Position numbers and translations under genes: made by a program. Below the pieces are notes generated by a model. That model was not told the DNA's origin and did not search any database. It saw only the letters and a program-made list of their open reading frames with translations. From Reclinomonas americana ATCC 50394 (Eukaryota), in the NCBI GenBank assembly GCA_048213135.1, contig PS015096.1, forward strand, positions 82,678 to 131,021: a DNA stretch of 48,344 nt, read 5' to 3'. Positions within the stretch are counted from its first letter, which is position 1. Each line of letters opens with the position of its first letter. Shown in pieces: positions 1 to 14,506 of the stretch.

Positions 1-3000
1 TTTGCGGACTGCTGCCTGGCGTGGCACCGCTGGAGGAGGCAGCTGAAGGCGCCGCGGCAGTGGGCGACGCGGGCGACACGGCCATGGCTGGTGGTCGTGG
101 GGGCGGTGGGCGTGCTGGGGGTGGTGGGATCGATGGCCGAGCAATGCCACTGGCCATGGCCACGGCAGCGGCGGCTGCACTGGCGGCCTNNNNNNNNNNN
201 NNNNNNNNNNNNNNNNNNNNNNNNNNNNNNNNNNNNNNNNNNNNNNNNNNNNNNNNNNNNNNNNNNNNNNNNNNNNNNNNNNNNNNNNNNNNNNNNNNNN
301 NNNNNNNNNNNNNNNNNNNNNNNNNNNNNNNNNNNNNNNNNNNNNNNNNNNNNNNNNNNNNNNNNNNNNNNNNNNNNNNNNNNNNNNNNNNNNNNNNNNN
401 NNNNNNNNNNNNNNNNNNNNNNNNNNNNNNNNNNNNNNNNNNNNNNNNNNNNNNNNNNNNNNNNNNNNNNNNNNNNNNNNNNNNNNNNNNNNNNNNNNNN
501 NNNNNNNNNNNNNNNNNNNNNNNNNNNNNNNNNNNNNNNNNNNNNNNNNNNNNNNNNNNNNNNNNNNNNNNNNNNNNNNNNNNNNNNNNNNNNNNNNNNN
601 NNNNNNNNNNNNNNNNNNNNNNNNNNNNNNNNNNNNNNNNNNNNNNNNNNNNNNNNNNNNNNNNNNNNNNNNNNNNNNNNNNNNNNNNNNNNNNNNNNNN
701 NNNNNNNNNNNNNNNNNNNNNNNNNNNNNNNNNNGACGCGCCTCCATCTCTTCGCGGGCGGTGTTGTCGCTGGGAGACACCACGGGGGGCGACGGCGAGT
801 CTGGCCCTCCACTTCCACCGGTCATACCCGGTGACAAGTGCAGCTGGCGCTCACGAGGTGGCGGTGGCGGGGGTGGAGGTGGGCGGCGCGGTCCGCCGGC
901 TACCGGCACCTCTGTGTGACGCACACGACAAAGCATAAATGGATGAACGTAACAATAAACAACAGCTACAACAACAGACCGCCGCCTCCTGCTGCCATTT
1001 GTAGCTGTTGAATGCGAGCGGCAATGCCAGAACCAGCCACTGGTGCCACAGGCGACACGGCTTCGGGAGTGCGGGCCTCGAGTGGCGACTTGGAGCGCGG
1101 AGGTGGAAGTGGCGGTGCGGCTGGTGCAGGAGTGCTGCCACCAAGTTCCGCGGGCGGTGCCGGGGTGCTGTGCTCGACTGCCACCTGTGGTACACTGAGG
1201 ACCGGTGGTGCCGCAGGCTCCACAACACGCTGCGCGGGCGGAGGTGGCGGCAGCGGCTGCCGTGGCTGCTGTGAATGCTGCTGCATCTCCGGTGGCGGCT
1301 CAGGGGTGTGCGGCGCCAGCTCCGGCACTGACGGCGACCCAGCATCCTCTTCCTCTGTAGATCGTCGCACAGCAGCAGGGCGGCCGGGCGCCGCTTGGTG
1401 ACTCTCGACACGCTGCGGTTTCGACGCCAGCAATGCTGCCGCGGCGGCAGCAATGCTGGACGGAGTGCTCTTGTTGCCGGCTGCTTGGTCGTCGCTGGCA
1501 CCGGCATCGGCAGCAGAGGATTGTGCTGCGGTGTCGATCGTGGGAGGCGCTCGGCGTGGAACATTGGTGTCCGACGACGGCACAATGGTGCGCGGTGGTG
1601 GGAGCGGCGATTGCGGCTGCGGCGCTTTTGGTTCTGGCGACGGCGGCGCTGGCGTGGCAGCAGGGGCGTTGAAACGAGGCGGAGAGGCGGGTGGTGCCGG
1701 TCGAATGACTCGAGATCGCGAGTCCGCTGTGCGCGCGATGTTCAGTGGCTGCGAGAAAAACTCTGCGCCCGACGCCGCCCATTCTTTTTACCTGCAGCAG
1801 CAGCCGATAGACTCGGACTCGCAGGAGCGGTGGCCACTGCCGCCACAGTCGTGGGCGTCGGCGGCTTTCCACTTGGTGTCTGTGCGTCGCAGATAAGTCA
1901 GTCAGGCATAGCGCTGGGCAGGATCTACAGCTGTGCAAGTGCGGTGCGCACCACGAGCGCCCGTGGCTCATCACCCGCCGGTTCGCAGAACAGTTTCAAC
2001 CACAGCGAGCGGATGCAGATGCGCTTGCAGTCCTCCGAGCGAGCAACAGTCATGCCTGCGAAGCGCGTACGCCACACATCATGTGAGGCACTCATCTTGA
2101 GAACAAGCGTGCGCGCACGCTCACCCACACGGACGTACCCATAAAGGAAGTGAACGAGAGGGTGCCGGTGCAGCCCTTCGGGTATGTGACTGTGCGAGCG
2201 CCGTCGCGGTCACCCCGCGACACAGCGTTGTCGAACATACTGCGGAACACCTGCAGCAGTACGTCGATGAGCACACACAACCCAACATCGCCCAACCGTC
2301 CATCAAACACGCAACGTCGCATTTCGGCTCCGAGTCGGCAAACTTCATCAGCGTACCGAGACACGCCATCGCAGCCTGCAGTGTGGCGTGTGAGAAGGAG
2401 CATACAAGCTCATTGGTGATTGCGACGCAACATCGTAGATGCCAGAGATGGGCGACAGGAGACGCTCGTGAACGACCAGTGACAGCTCGACGTACTGGTT
2501 GTCGTAGCAAGCGGTGCACAGGTGCCTGCACGCACACATACACAGTTTTAGCGCTTGCCGGAAAATGCATGAAGCAGGTCAGCGAGCGAGAACACAACGG
2601 CAAGAGAACGGCGGTCAACGTCAGCGCCGCCAGTTCGAGCTCGCGAGGCGTGTCGGAGATCAGTCCAGTCAGTGACCACAGATACTGCGAGTAGCAACCG
2701 GCTTCGTTGCCGCGGCCGAGGACTGCCTCGCCGCAGTACGAGCGCACAAACACCGCCACGAATTCGTCAATGAATTCACGCGTCTGTGCAGGCGTGCAGT
2801 GATCCTGTGGTGGAAGCAGCGGTGAGTCGATGAGAATGTATTTCGGAAGTGATCTTTCGTGTCGTACCTTGGAGGACTGCAGCACTCGAAGACGTCGGTT
2901 GAATGGGTCGCGGAACTCGCTGACATCGTGCTCTACGCACGTATACAGACATACGCACACGTGAGTGCACAAGAATGTGTGCGTGTCAGCTACTCTGGAC

Positions 3001-6000
3001 TGGCACGCAACCGCATGTGGTGATAAAGGCCAATGCGTCGGTGGCCACCGACGACTCTGCCAGCTTGCTGGCCGACGCACACTGAATAACATGCAAGAAG
3101 AGCGTGCACACGACAAGCATGTTGACACGACCGAGCCTGTCGCACACACAAAGTGAGCTGCATGAACGAACCAGTAACACAGCAAGATCACACACCTGGT
3201 TCCGTACAGAGTCAGTGTCTTTTGTGTCACTCGCAGCGTGGCTTCATGCGTGACACTGTTCGTGAGACCCTTGAATAGGCTGTACATGACGTACTCGTCC
3301 TCGGACATTTCCAACACGGGTTCCCACGCACTACGCAATGCGTATAGCAACTGCATTTGCCGTCGTGAGAATGCGAACACATACACACACAGGCATTGTC
3401 CATGGCACACGGGCGCAACTCGATCACGATGTTCACCACGCGGCATCAGTGCAATGTTGTCGATTAGCAACTCGAAGATGGACAGCGCCGACAGGAAATG
3501 CTCGGCCGTGTTGATGTGCAGCAGCGAGAGGGCGGCCACAGCAATCTTGCCGACAGCCCACTCTTCACTCACCAACTGCATGACAACACGCACGTGTGAG
3601 CTGCACGACAGCTGCGCCAGTGAGATACGTACACATCGACAAGGAGTCCAACCTGCTCGGCGGCCACTTTCAGAACATCCAATAGCACGGCGATTTTGTC
3701 GAGGTCGTCTTCGCGCACGGCGATGAACAGCAGACGGAGCACGCTCTCGAGTCGGTCTGCCGTGTACTGAACATCCAGACCCGAGAAGACAGCCATGGCG
3801 TAGAAGCACCGCACGCGATCGTGACAGAAGTGCGCCCACGACAGCAGCTCGTGTGCCACATAGTCGCGCAGCGAACCACTGTAATCAATATATTGTCAGC
3901 ACTACGAAAAACAACCACAGGCAATGGCAGGCGACTTGACGAACCAAGCAGGCGACTCGTGCAGTATGTTGACAAAATCAGCAAAGGCCTTGATGTACGC
4001 GTCACGGTCGGTGAGTGCGCGGTCGAGAGCCGAACACAATGGCGAGATGAACTGATCGCTGCCGGGATTCCTGTGTCACAACGCAGACAAATGTGAACAT
4101 CACGCATCCACTTTCAAGGCACACTCGACACACAACGCAACCACAATCGCGGACAATGCATACGCGAGAACAAAACCGACTGTTCACGCAGCGCCTTGTC
4201 GCCACACGAATTGTACGAGAAACGAAGCAGCAGACTGCATTGCAGGTGCCGAGCGAGGTCCAACTGTGCACAGCAAGCAATGAGAATGACGCGCAGGCTT
4301 ATCATGCACACAGAGGGGGGACGCACGTGAATCTCGGGAGTGGACGAGTGATCCCACGCCACAGCAGACATGGCAATCACGCGGGCCAACCGAATGCTGG
4401 CCTCGGCGCTGTCGGCCTGCACCGGCCACTCGGACGAGATGGCCACCAGCAACACGTGCGCACTCTCCTCCTCCGCCGTCATCTGGTCGTCAGTCGCAGC
4501 TATTCACCCATCCCCGAGTTAGTAGTGCGTTGCAGAGGGAGGGGGACAAAGAAAGGGAGCCAACGAAACGGCGTTCAAGGTGCCACACCAGGTAGTCGCC
4601 GGAGGCATCGGGCGCCGACGACTCCTCGTACGAGCGCACTTTGGAGAGCAGATACGAGAAGATGACTTCAGCGTTGGAAGCATTGCGGCTAATGTCTGCA
4701 AGAGTCAAATGGAGAGCAAGAGTGAGCAGCAAGGCAGGAGTGGAAGAATGCACGTCCGACGCAACAGCACACTGCGTCGGCGGCCGCCCAGACACCGCGA
4801 GCAGTGCGTTGCTGTGCTACCGAACTGAATGACCGAGTGCGCGAGCCAGCTGCACAACCACGTAACACAAGCGAAAGAATTGGGCGACTGTCATCACCAC
4901 GTGCGCGTGCGAAAAGTACGAACATGATGCGGTGGACATGGAGCCCCGTTGTGACATCCGCGCATCGTCGTCGTCAAAGTCGTCGACCAACGACAACGAG
5001 ACTTTGCTCGTGCTGTTGGTCTTGCTCGCCGGCGCTCCCGACGAAGAGGCACCGCCGCCCATAATGGACGACGGAACGGACGCAGAGCCGGCAGCAGCAG
5101 TTGCTGCAATAGCCGCCGCGCTGCCAGCCGTCGGCAGGTGTGACATTGACGACGAGGCACCCACGGTGCCGGCGGTCGGTGACGAGGCCGCGTGCGACGG
5201 CGACATGGTGTTTGACGGGGTGAGATGTGCCGCCGCACCAGTGCCGCCAAAGCGGAGCGACCAACTGCTGGAGGAGCGGTCGGCGGAGAATACTTGCGCG
5301 CACCGCTCGTGCAGTCGAACGACCAGATCCTGAGCAACTGCGCGAAGAAACAGAAAGAGAAGCTTGTCATGCTTTCATAGATTACGAGAAGAGGTCAGTG
5401 AAGAGTGGCGACAAATCGAACCGCGTTGCTCGGTTCCGGCCACGGCTCGCCAGACACGCTCCACCAACTAAGAAGGGAGTGCGTGAGAATGCACGATGCG
5501 GAATGAATGATACTTGGCAAGTGCACGCACTTTGTGAACGTTGAGTGAAGACCGCTTTTGCAGCACGTCTGTGATCTGGAACAAGGAGTCGAAAACGTTG
5601 CTGCACGCCATCTCGCTCTCTTGCGTGTTGTTGTCCAGGAAGGTGGAGAAATTGGCGCCCCAGGGGATCAGAAGCTGCACATCGGAGTCGACTAATGAGT
5701 ACAAAAGGAGAGAAGATGGGAAGAAGAAGATGCGTGACACTCACTCGTAGCATGCGGTCGACATTGTCCACTGAGATGTTGGCAATGCCGAGCAGTGCCA
5801 GGACCGTGGCAAACACGTCCACAGTGCACGATGGATCCGAGCGCGTGCGCTTGGCCACAGTCTCGCTGACACTGTGATGATCAATGGTGGCGGCGGGTCA
5901 GAAGAGAGCACAACACATTCAACAAATGTACTCGAGACACACCGAATGGCATTCTCCACGTTGATGGCCAGTGCCGGATCGGAAACTAATGCCAACTGAT

Positions 6001-9000
6001 CGTGATACGACTGACGGGAACAAGAAGACGAATCAGCCGGGAACCGCACACAAGAGACCACGCATCAACACTGCGCACCAGTCCAAAACTGCCGCACTCA
6101 GTGGCCTCACGAAGACCCTCCAGTGCGATTTGCCGGTGCTGGGGATCGGCCGAGGTCGACTGCAGCAGCAGGTAGAACATACTGCGAGTAGCAGCACATG
6201 CACAACTGAGGGAACGAACCAAACAAACACTCAACAGCCGCGGCGACGCAACATCTTGCCGCGTCGGAACTCGAACTTCTCCACGGCCCACGAAGTGTGA
6301 TGGTGTGTGGCGTTGAAGGCAATGGCGTGCAAATACAAGGAGGACAGCATCTGCTGCGGTGGTGCGAGACCAGTCAAGGAGAAGCCGGGTTTCTCTGTCG
6401 ATGCAGCACATTGAGTCAGAGAGAAGAGAAAAAAGGAAACAAAGAGGCAAGCAAAAAACGCACCGCGCCACGTCTCCGGGAACGAGTTGACGACAAACTC
6501 CCACAAGGCGTGCGGGTGCAAGTTCAAGTACGACGACATCATGATGAGCGCGTGTTGATATGTCTCGTGACTCGGACTCAACGCCACCATGCGTTCCGCA
6601 AGAGCGACATACTGCGACACAGTCAGCGACTGAGCAACACTACCTCTCGAGGCACAGACGCAACGCTCTGCTCCAGATTCTTGTATCGCAGCGGCTTTGA
6701 GGCTTCACCACACAGAGAAGCGAGCAGATCCAGGCAGCCGTGCACGTTGCGCTCCGTGGTCAGCATTGGTGCCAGTTCTGCGCACAGAAAGGTCAGTGCA
6801 TGCTCACACATGCACATTGCTTGCTGCGTCCCGCACCTTTCAGCAACTCAATGACCTTGCCCGACTCCACATCGTCGTCAATGGTCTCTGCACACAGATA
6901 CAATTCCGTGTGAGCACGTGCGTCAAATGCAGGCGGCAGCAGCAGCAGCAGCGGCGTCGCGCAACTNNNNNNNNNNNNNNNNNNNNNNNNNNNNNNNNNN
7001 NNNNNNNNNNNNNNNNNNNNNNNNNNNNNNNNNNNNNNNNNNNNNNNNNNNNNNNNNNNNNNNNNNNNNNNNNNNNNNNNNNNNNNNNNNNNNNNNNNNN
7101 NNNNNNNNNNNNNNNNNNNNNNNNNNNNNNNNNNNNNNNNNNNNNNNNNNNNNNNNNNNNNNNNNNNNNNNNNNNNNNNNNNNNNNNNNNNNNNNNNNNN
7201 NNNNNNNNNNNNNNNNNNNNNNNNNNNNNNNNNNNNNNNNNNNNNNNNNNNNNNNNNNNNNNNNNNNNNNNNNNNNNNNNNNNNNNNNNNNNNNNNNNNN
7301 NNNNNNNNNNNNNNNNNNNNNNNNNNNNNNNNNNNNNNNNNNNNNNNNNNNNNNNNNNNNNNNNNNNNNNNNNNNCTTCTGAATCTCCACCAGCTGCATG
7401 ATGGCGAAAGCGATACCCGGCGACGTCTCGTCCTCCAAGAGTGCTTGCAGCGGGTCGCGCTTCGGTGCCGGCGTGGCCGACCGCGACTGCCCGCAAATAA
7501 AGATAAGAACCAACTCTCGGGAGTCGCAGAGATAAAAAGGAGAGGTGCCACACGCCTCACCTTCTTCGACGCATCGAGCGCCTGCTGGTAACGCTGCATG
7601 GTTTGAGCAAACTCCATCTGCGACTGCTTGCGCCGCAACCAAACGCCGACAAAAGTCTTCACACACTCCACGAGCAGCGATGCAGAACCGTCACTGGAGG
7701 CCACCAGGCCCTCAAAGGGTCGCGGTTGTGCAGAGCTCACACGCATGTGACGAAGGAGTGAGCGCGAGCGGTGTCTGCTCAGCTTGGGCGAGATCTGACG
7801 CGATGGAGTGGACTCGAGCATGATCTCGGTCAGATAGGCGCTCTGGTACGTCTGCGACATGGTCACCGACGACGACAAAGCAGCTGCGCTGGAGCGTCCT
7901 TGGCTCGGCNNNNNNNNNNNNNNNNNNNNNNNNNNNNNNNNNNNNNNNNNNNNNNNNNNNNNNNNNNNNNNNNNNNNNNNNNNNNNNNNNNNNNNNNNNN
8001 NNNNNNNNNNNNNNNNNNNNNNNNNNNNNNNNNNNNNNNNNNNNNNNNNNNNNNNNNNNNNNNNNNNNNNNNNNNNNNNNNNNNNNNNNNNNNNNNNNNN
8101 NNNNNNNNNNNNNNNNNNNNNNNNNNNNNNNNNNNNNNNNNNNNNNNNNNNNNNNNNNNNNNNNNNNNNNNNNNGATGACAGTCGGCTGTCAGACGCAGG
8201 AGGGACGATTAGTGCGCGCCTGTGTAAGAGACACGTGCGTTTGCAGGGAGATACCTGCTCGACTTGCTGCGCCGATGTGAAGGGGAGAGCTCGGCCGGCA
8301 GGTCCACTGGCGCACCGGACTGGAACGCACGTCGTGACAACAAGTTGAATCGCGATGACGCCATGCTGGCCAGCGCGGTCACAAAGCGTTCCGTGGCCGT
8401 CGTCGGATCGAGGCGCGCCGACTCGGAGGCCTTTCGTGCCTTCTTTGATTGGGGGTCAGCTGCGACAGTGGAGTAGGGTGAGATAAGAGGTGCAAAAGAG
8501 TTATGAAGGACAGCGCGCACCGGCCACGTCCGCAAAGATGCCAGCCAGATTGGCAAATGCATCACGCAGCGCGTGCACAAACGGGTTCACGCACGACTCG
8601 TGCAGATACCGCACGCATTGCACGAGATATTTGGAGAAGTTTTCGTCCTACCAACAGCAGTGAGCAACAGCAAACCAGCGACGGATATGGCGCAAATATA
8701 AGCAGAGACCTCGGTCTGAAAGACAAAGTTGGCGAGGTGCGTCAGGAAGGTCTGCACAGGTTGAGCAATGGGAGCTGTGGGAGGGAGGAAGAGAGGGAGT
8801 AAGGCGTAGTCGACAATGAGCGAGCAGGGGAGGTTCGCTCACCAGCGACAGCGCCCGACCGAGTACTCAGTCGACAGGTCATGCACGCAAACATGGTGTA
8901 GTTGCTCAGCAGGCCGTAGCTGGCGGTCAACTCGTCCAGGCGAGCACGTGTGCCAATGTTGGAGCCCGGCGCCACTGGTGTCGGCAGCGCAACTTGACCG

Positions 9001-12000
9001 TTCACCATTGCAGAGAATGCATTGATAACCGTGCGAATCACAATCTGACAGGCGATCACAACAGCACCCTCGAAAAGCTGCCAAACGCTCCTGTAAACAC
9101 CCGCATCCGTTGCTCCCAATCAAACAGAGCGAGTGAACCAACCTCGGGCCGACTGTGCAGCAGCTTGCGCAGCGGGCGGTAGAAGTTCTTCTCCGATTCG
9201 ATGTCTGACTCGACACTCGAACGCGTTTCGGGGGCTGTCACAAGACAAACACACCGATAAGAAAATGACTGCGGCGTGCACAGAATGCCGAAGTCTCGCG
9301 ACGCAACTTGCTTTGTCGAGCATCAGCTGCTTCTCTTCCGCAATGGCCTCCGCCAGGAAGAGCATGGTGTGAGTGTCCAGGCCGCGCGACGTCCACACTT
9401 GCTCATACAGAAGCCTGGGTAGTGTTAGTGCCAAGAGAGATACCAAAGACATTTCACCGCCGCATCACACTCACTTTATCGGCGGCGAAGCAAACATGTT
9501 GAGAGCATTGAGGGCAGACTGGCGAATGTGCGCCTCGGTGTGCACCAGCCACACCATGCACATGCCCTCCAACTGGTTGCGTGCACTCTCCAACAACAGC
9601 GGCTCAAATCCTGCACACTGCATGTCAGTGACCTTGTTTGGTGGCGATGGATCCTGGCTGCACACGGGACGCAACCGCCAATCGGCATCTCCGTGACCGT
9701 GAGAATCTGGCAGAATGAGGAGATGAGGATGCCGAGGTCGACAAACAACTGAATGACCGTGTCCTCGTCAATGAGAGCCGAGGAGAGCACCTCCACCTGC
9801 GTGGCGTTGTTGAGGGGCGTGCGCGCGAGACAGTCTGTGTGCATGTGTGTTTCTGCGTACCACCATCGACATCACGGGGAAGAAGTGCTCCGTCGGCGCC
9901 AGTGCAACGTACTCTTGCACGGCGATTCGCGCATCGTGCGATACGTTCTGATCGGGGGAGCAGATCAAGCGACACACTTGGCTCCGCAGCTGCGCGACAA
10001 CACATTTGTAAGGTGTCGGTGAAACCACCATCACCACCACCCCCTCTCGTCGTGATACAGACCTCGTCACCGGTGCGGCGGTCGTTGGGCACCACCGACG
10101 GAACGCAGCGAACGGCAGCCGGTAGAATGCGCGGATCATTCGGTTGCATCACCACACTGGCCACCAAGTCGCCAACACTCGTGCCGGCGAACTGCATTCA
10201 AAGTGTAAGCAGCCCGGCATAGAAAAAGTAAGAAACTGCACGTGCGCAACTTTGGAGGGTGTCCGTCTGACCACCACGGCCAGTGCACTCATGGCCACCA
10301 CTTTGTGGTCTGCGTGCGTCTTGGAGTCCGTGCTGGTAATGATATTGGTCAACAGCGCAACTCCCTCTGCGGGCGGCAACAGCGGCACCGGCGACTGATC
10401 GAGGACGCAGGCCGGCGGGCAGTAGGTGGCAGCGCACTATAGGATATACAGCCGGTAAGCAGCAGCACGCAAAGGATTTCGTGCGGCAAGGAGACGAGGA
10501 GCGCACCAGGTTGGAGAGAATGTCGCGATAAATGTCAGCCTCCGCCGGCGCAATCGGTGTCTTCTTCGACAACAGCATCTTCATGAGAGCGTGCACGCTC
10601 GCCGCCGGCGTCGTGGGCGGCAGTCGTGTGACGAGAAACATGACAGCGTCGAGTCCAACCTCACGGAGCACCTTGTCCTGATCACCACAACAAATCAAAC
10701 ATGTGACAAGAGAGCTGCATCGTCACTGGGAAGCATGCGAAAGTATACCTTCAGGGCCTCCTTCAGCGTCTTGACAAAGTCGGGTATCCATGCCACGTAG
10801 AACTCGTCCGGCGCCAGCGCAATCATGCGCACAAGCAACGGCAGAACACAGTAGCGGTGCTTGTTCTTCTTGTACCACTTGTTGAAGCCCTTCCACAAGT
10901 CTGCGTGTCCAGCAGTGTGAGCGACAGAAAAAACGAGAAAGGTGCTCCACGAAAACAAGCATGCGTACCCTGGTAGAGTCCGCGGAAGCGCGTGCCCTCC
11001 CTCTCAAGGAACAAGCGCCACGTCATGAAGCGGCGAGTCATCTTGTCGAAGCGCGCGGGTGCGTCTGGATTCACCAGCAGCTCGGCGCTGGGAGTCGAAG
11101 GTTTGCCCTTGAACGGAGAACTGGTGACACCAAAGCTGCCAGCTGTGGGTGGAGAATAAAAAGGATGAGAGACGCTCCACAGACGACTGGCATCATCATC
11201 ATCGTTGTTGAGGAAAGGACATACCTTCCTCCGCTNNNNNNNNNNNNNNNNNNNNNNNNNNNNNNNNNNNNNNNNNNNNNNNNNNNNNNNNNNNNNNNNN
11301 NNNNNNNNNNNNNNNNNNNNNNNNNNNNNNNNNNNNNNNNNNNNNNNNNNNNNNNNNNNNNNNNNNNNNNNNNNNNNNNNNNNNNNNNNNNNNNNNNNNN
11401 NNNNNNNNNNNNNNNNNNNNNNNNNNNNNNNNNNNNNNNNNNNNNNNNNNNNNNNNNNNNNNNNNNNNNNNNNNNNNNNNNNNNNNNNNNNNNNNNNNNN
11501 NNNNNNNNNNNNNNNNNNNNNNNNNNNNNNNNNNNNNNNNNNNNNNNNNNNNNNNNNNNNNNNNNNNNNNNNNNNNNNNNNNNNNNNNNNNNNNNNNNNN
11601 NNNNNNNNNNNNNNNNNNNNNNNNNNNNNNNNNNNNNNNNNNNNNNNNNNNNNNNNNNNNNNNNNNNNNNNNNNNNNNNNNNNNNNNNNNNNNNNNNNNN
11701 NNNNNNNNNNNNNNNNNAGCGACCGCTCGTGTGCCGGAACAATGTTCTCCCACAGCACGCTGAGTGAGCGACAAACCTCCTGGCGAAGAACTCGTCGCTC
11801 AATTCGCGACAGCTGAGCCGACAGCTGAAGCAGGTACTCCATGAAAGAAGAGGCGCCGCCGGGCGTATCCACACGGAACATGAGACGACCCTGTGTGCAC
11901 AGGGTGAGTGTTCGGCTGCCCGGGTGGAGCGATGCAACTTGGCACGAACCACCAGTCGCTGGGTGAACTTGTACTCGCGCATGTCGGCCTCCTTCTTGAT

Positions 12001-13780
12001 CGATTGCAGCGAACGGAGCACCGAGGCTGCACGGATCGTGAGTCAAGGAAGGGCGAGACAGAAGAAGGGACGGAAAACGCAACAGAGCATCATGCCAAGC
12101 GCACTCGGCATGTTGCTCAGGAAGCTCAGGTAGCGCAGGGCCAGCTCACGCACATCTGCACACGGGCATGTGTGAAACAAACAAACAAACGANNNNNNNN
12201 NNNNNNNNNNNNNNNNNNNNNNNNNNNNNNNNNNNNNNNNNNNNNNNNNNNNNNNNNNNNNNNNNNNNNNNNNNNNNNNNNNNNNNNNNNNNNNNNNNNN
12301 NNNNNNNNNNNNNNNNNNNNNNNNNNNNNNNNNNNNNNNNNNNNNNNNNNNNNNNNNNNNNNNNNNNNNNNNNNNNNNNNNNNNNNNNNNNNNNNNNNNN
12401 NNNNNNNNNNNNNNNNNNNNNNNNNNNNNNNNNNNNNNNNNNNNNNNNNNNNNNNNNNNNNNNNNNNNNNNNNNNNNNNNNNNNNNNNNNNNNNNNNNNN
12501 NNNNNNNNNNNNNNNNNNNNNNNNNNNNNNNNNNNNNNNNNNNNNNNNNNNNNNNNNNNNNNNNNNNNNNNNNNNNNNNNNNNNNNNNNNNNNNNNNNNN
12601 NNNNNNNNNNNNNNNNNNNNNNNNNNNNNNNNNNNNNNNNNNNNNNNNNNNNNNNNNNNNNNNNNNNNNNNNNNNNNNNNNNNNNNNNNNNNNNNNNNNN
12701 NNNNNNNNNNNNNNNNNNNNNNNNNNNNNNNNNNNNNNNNNNNNNNNNNNNNNNNNNNNNNNNNNNNNNNNNNNNNNNNNNNNNNNNNNNNNNNNNNNNN
12801 NNNNNNNNNNNNNNNNNNNNNNNNNNNNNNNNNNNNNNNNNNNNNNNNNNNNNNNNNNNNNNNNNNNNNNNNNNNNNNNNNNNNNNNNNNNNNNNNNNNN
12901 NNNNNNNNNNNNNNNNNNNNNNNNNNNNNNNNNNNCGATGAAGGTGAGGTCGCACCCCACGACGCAACGACTGGGATAGCGCGGCGTGATGCGCTCCAAG
13001 CCCAACATGGTCCACGCCTCCGGCACCATCAAACTCTCCAGCTCCGCCGGTCTGCGCGCCACCACCATCAGCGCCTCAAGCGGCAAACACGCATAAACAA
13101 GGGAAACACAACTGCGCCAACTCCACGGCCGACTCGAGACACGCCACGAGCACATCCAGCAGAATCGAGTCCGCGCTCGGCTGCTCCCGATGCGTGGCCG
13201 CCAGCACACTGGAGCCGCCCACGTCCTCATCATCGGGGTGGATTTCATCACCCGGCGGCAAACACAGTTGCTCTGATAGAACAGATCGCCAAATGACAGT
13301 GTGATGATTTGCTGATAAGATGATGATGATGATGATGGAATGCACTCACCCTTGAAGTCCACAATGCGCCCGATAATCTCACTTGCCACACTCATGCTGC
13401 GACAGAGAGAGGAGAGGGCGCTGCGCACAGCAGAGATGGCCTTGCCGAGTTGTTGCGGAGGCAAGCGGTTGGCCTGAGAGAAAGAGAGCGCGGGAGAAAT
13501 GATATGTGAGTGTTTGCATGCTCTTTCTCTCCCTCTCTCTCAGTGAGAGTACCTTGTCATAGGCAGGCGAGTTGCGCACTGATTGTGTGAGGCCAGTGTC
13601 GCGCACAGGCGCCGAGCACACAATGAGTGCCGACAGTTGTCTCAACAGTGACCTGTGTGTGTGAGTGAGATGAATTATCCCGATGTTGCGTTTGCATGTG
13701 TGCGTGTATGCGAGATAGAGGGTGAGAGAGACAAGGGAGAGAGTGTGTGCGTGTGAGACGTACCCTGAGAGGTCACTCAT
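1..13780 (-). CDS. Furry/Mor2/Tao3 (MOR2-PAG1) family HEAT/ARM scaffold protein, multi-exon, interrupted by gaps, 3' end beyond window
   Basis: Spliced minus-strand exons run from ATG 13780 (MSDLSG|SLLRQLSAL...). Several segments resemble Furry blocks: GRLMFRVDTPGGASSFMEYLLQLSAQLSRIERRVLRQEV, DLWKGFNKWYKKNKHRYCVLPLLVRMIALAPDEFYVAWIPDFVKTLKEALK (cf. Furry RKKHSLALYPLVTCLL), HELLSWAHFCHDRVRCFYAMAVFSGL and IAVAALSLLHINTAEHFLSALSIFELL. A Pro/Ala-rich tail continues through 1-189. Confidence 0.75.
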
Positions 13781-14506
13781 GGCGGGCGAGCTCAGGCGAT
13801 GATGTGGAGACTCGGAGGCGGACACAAGTGTGGGACTTATTATATCGAACACACACACCGAAACAAGCAGGTTCCTGGCCTTAAGCTTGTTGTGTGATCG
13901 CTGCAGACGTAGTTCGGTTGATGCTGTGCGCGAGGATCGTCTGCGTTTCGTTTTCTGGCTGCAAGTCGAGATTTCACAAGTTGTCGACGTTGTTTGTCAC
14001 TCTCGAGCTCGCGGAATGGCCGCTGCATGCCACCCCTGTCTGCCCCATAAGTATTCAAGTGACAGGTAGTTCGTGCATGTTGTATGTTGGGAGAAAGCGA
14101 CAGAGCTCATCAACCGCAAGTGCGACTTCGCGACGTCGCGATCTACTGATCATGATATTCTGACCGCCCACGACGCAGGGTTGGTCGGCCTTCCCCGCGG
14201 AAGTGGTCACCTTGTAGGCCATCAATCCGCCAACATAACGGAACGACTGCCGCACCGCCAAAGTCACTGAGAAAAGAGAGAGACAACACACGCCAAAAAC
14301 TCCGTTCCGAATACCGGACCGATCGCGACGTCGACACTGCCAGCCTCCAGAGCACGCGTTTCGCCTCCATCCAAAGAGTGTGCGCAGTAATATATACTCC
14401 CAACAGCAATGCACACCTGTGTGCACTTGCAACCAACACACCAGGGACAAGAAACGACAACGTCGCTGTCCGCTGTACATCAATCACCACATACGACCTT
14501 GCAAGA

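Noticed and set aside
11908-13296. Long ORF-track entries spanning N-gaps (here and elsewhere)
   Set aside because: Their length comes from X codons; the real coding exons are on the minus strand.
13840-14230. Possible small minus-strand gene (MAYKVTTSAG...) between Furry-like and PNC1
   Set aside because: I could not find a splice path giving a convincing protein; left uncalled.
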